From a virus: 33,431 nucleotides of DNA. The position numbers were made by a program, and so were the translations under genes. The stretch's first letter is position 1. Each line of letters starts with the position of its first letter. Below are positions 31,757 through 33,431 of this stretch, piece by piece. Where the stretch lies: IMG/VR virus record IMGVR_UViG_3300022659_000035. One strand, written 5' to 3'. The notes under the pieces were generated by a model that was not told the DNA's origin, searched no databases, and saw only the letters and a program-made list of their open reading frames with translations.

Positions 31757-32640
31757 ACGTCATAGACCAAACCCATGGCGAGAACTTCAGCATCTACAAC
31801 GGCGATTGCGTGGAAGTCATCAAAGGCATCCCCGATACCTCGATTGACTACTCCATCTTTTCCCCGCCGTTCGCCAGCCTGTACACATACAGCAACAGCC
31901 CACGCGACATGGGCAACGTGCGCAACGACGAAGAGTTCTTCGAACATTTCGAATTTCTGGTGGCCGAACTACGTCGGGTCATGAAGCCTGGTCATAACGT
32001 CAGCTTTCACTGCATGTTGATGCCTACCAGCAAAGAACGTGACGGCTACATCGGCTTGAAAGACTTTCGCGGCGACCTGATCCGGGCATTCCAGAAGCAC
32101 GGGTTCATTTACGCATCTGAGGTCTGCATCTGGAAAGACCCAGTGACTTCCATGCAGCGCACCAAGGCCTTGGGACTGCTGCACAAGACCGTGCGAACCA
32201 ACGCCTGCATGTCACGCCAAGGCATCCCAGACTATCTGGTGACGATGCGCGCCCCAGGCGAAATGGTGGACAAAGTGACCCACACCCCGGAACAGTACCC
32301 GGTGGACAAGTGGCAAAAGGTGGCCAGCCCGGTATGGATGGACATAGACCCATCCGACACCCTGCAATACCGCAGCGCCCGCGAGCATGACGACGAACGC
32401 CATATCTGTCCGTTGCAACTAGAAGTCATCCGGCGCGGCATTGACTTGTGGACCAACCCTGGCGATGTAGTGCTATCCCCTTTCACCGGCATCGGGTCGG
32501 AGGGCTTTGTCTCTATCCAGATGGGACGCAAGTTTGTCGGGGCCGAACTGAAGCAAAGCTACTACCAGCAAGCCGCGCGAAACCTGCAAGCCGCTGAGAC
32601 TGAGCAGACACAGGATCTGTTTGCCATCGAAGAAACATGA
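31753..32640 (+). CDS. DNA methyltransferase, N6_N4_Mtase family, beta-class motif order
   Basis: Motif IV SPPF near the N-terminus and AdoMet motif SPFTGIGSEG near the C-terminus. ATGA overlap with the helicase gene. Confidence 0.8.
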   Translation: MNVIDQTHGENFSIYNGDCVEVIKGIPDTSIDYSIFSPPFASLYTYSNSPRDMGNVRNDEEFFEHFEFLVAELRRVMKPGHNVSFHCMLMPTSKERDGYIGLKDFRGDLIRAFQKHGFIYASEVCIWKDPVTSMQRTKALGLLHKTVRTNACMSRQGIPDYLVTMRAPGEMVDKVTHTPEQYPVDKWQKVASPVWMDIDPSDTLQYRSAREHDDERHICPLQLEVIRRGIDLWTNPGDVVLSPFTGIGSEGFVSIQMGRKFVGAELKQSYYQQAARNLQAAETEQTQDLFAIEET

Positions 32641-33095
32641 CCCGCCGCCACCTCGCCAACCCGCTGCGCAACCCCGTCGCGGCCGCCATCATCAAGCGCC
32701 AGATCGTTGCCGACCTCCGCGCCCTGCAAACCGACGCCATGTTGCACGCGCTCATCGGCGCCAACGACGCAGCGCTCATCCACCACGCCGGCCGGCTCGC
32801 CTACATCACCGCCGACGCCGCCCGCGCCTGCCAGCTGCCCCAAGACGCGCCCGACATGCGCCATCGTCGCCGGCCATGGCCCACCGCCCTGGCCGAACTC
32901 GCCGCCAACGCCCGGCGAACAAAGCCCTGGCACCGCCTCGCCATCACCAGCGGCCTCAACGCCTGCCAGCGCCTGCTCGACCAGTGCAGCCCCTGGGCCA
33001 TCGGCACCGGCGCCCTCAAGGTCGACCAGCTCATCAACAGCGCCGAAGGCCTCACCGTTCACCACATCACCCAACCCAGCACCCAGCCCGCATGA
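32637..33095 (+). CDS. Hypothetical protein
   Basis: 152 aa with high GC3. ATGA overlaps at both ends. Confidence 0.6.
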   Translation: MTRRHLANPLRNPVAAAIIKRQIVADLRALQTDAMLHALIGANDAALIHHAGRLAYITADAARACQLPQDAPDMRHRRRPWPTALAELAANARRTKPWHRLAITSGLNACQRLLDQCSPWAIGTGALKVDQLINSAEGLTVHHITQPSTQPA

Positions 33096-33378
33096 AACTC
33101 CGCATCCAAACCCTTCACCCAGCCGCCCAGGTGCCCACCTACGCCACCGAAGGCGCCGCCTGCTTCGACCTCCACGCCGCCGAGCCCGCCCTCGTCTACG
33201 CCCGCCAAAGCACCATCGTGCGCACCGGCCTCGCCCTCGAGGTGCCCTGGGGCTACGCCCTCATGGTCTACAGCCGCAGCGGCCACGGCTTCAAGCACGG
33301 CCTGCGCCTGGCCAACGGCACCGGAGTGATTGACAGCGACTACCGAGGCGAGCTGCTCGTGTGCCTGCACAACGACGG
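33092..33378 (+). CDS. dut: dUTP diphosphatase (trimeric dUTPase), truncated at the 3' end by the adaptor
   Basis: MKLRIQTLHPAAQVPTYATEGAACFDLHA, SRSGHGFKHGLRLANGTGVIDSDYRGEL. The reading frame runs into adaptor sequence at 33379. Confidence 0.85.
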
Positions 33379-33431
33379 ATCACCGACTGCCCATAGAGAG
33401 GCTGAGACTGCCAAGGCACACAGGGGATAGG
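33379..33431. other. Synthetic sequencing adaptor (reverse complement of 1-53)
   Basis: ATCACCGACTGCCCATAGAGAGG followed by CTGAGACTGCCAAGGCACACAGGGGATAGG. Confidence 0.9.

Noticed and set aside
32621-33430. 269-aa Pro/Arg-rich plus-strand ORF that runs to the contig end
   Set aside because: Only its last part (from the ATG at 33092) is real, as the dUTPase. The upstream part is an out-of-frame read-through of 32637..33095, and the end is adaptor sequence.
1-33431. A perfect 53-bp terminal inverted repeat, suggesting a transposon, a linear-plasmid end or a phage terminus
   Set aside because: The repeat is a concatenation of known sequencing-platform adaptor and primer sequences, and it cuts two genes mid-ORF.

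Overview
This is a 33.4-kb contig of a temperate phage or prophage with lambda-like gene order. The host is probably a high-GC proteobacterium (about 60-65% GC, judged by eye). Both ends (1-53 and 33379-33431) are synthetic sequencing adaptors, so the contig is incomplete: the integrase and the dUTPase are cut off.

Minus strand, transcribed right to left from about 25008: Cro-like repressor; small DNA-binding and unknown proteins; a replication initiator with iterons inside the gene; a DnaB-like helicase; a Zn-finger protein; RusA; NinB; a Ref-like HNH nuclease; a degenerate His-Me/HTH protein; a winged-helix protein; TerS and TerL; HNH homing endonuclease no. 2; portal; scaffold; SU10/HK97-type major capsid; adaptor; several tail or internal-virion proteins, interrupted by HNH homing endonuclease no. 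1; tail fibre; a low-GC membrane-protein pair; GH108 endolysin; a GTA_holin_3TM protein; and an integrase 5' fragment. No tape-measure, tube or sheath gene is visible, so I infer a podovirus-like virion.

Plus strand: CI/LexA-type repressor; small membrane-protein morons; a terminator; a PL-type promoter; a roughly 400-nt structured leader ending in tandem terminators; a RecT-like annealase with a YqaJ exonuclease; an HTH protein; an SNF2 helicase; a beta-class DNA methyltransferase; and a partial dUTPase.

Main observations:
- An 18-bp operator (TTATRCG-N4-CGYATAA) is shared by both divergent early promoters.
- Cro, CI and a small arginine-rich ORF each start 6-7 nt after a -10 hexamer.
- The leader region looks like a candidate N-like or RNA-based antitermination module.
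- An oriented GCTTTACC motif recurs in late-gene intergenic regions.
- Several 1-nt homopolymer frameshifts fit 454/Ion-type read errors.

All functional calls come from remembered family motifs. No database search was run.
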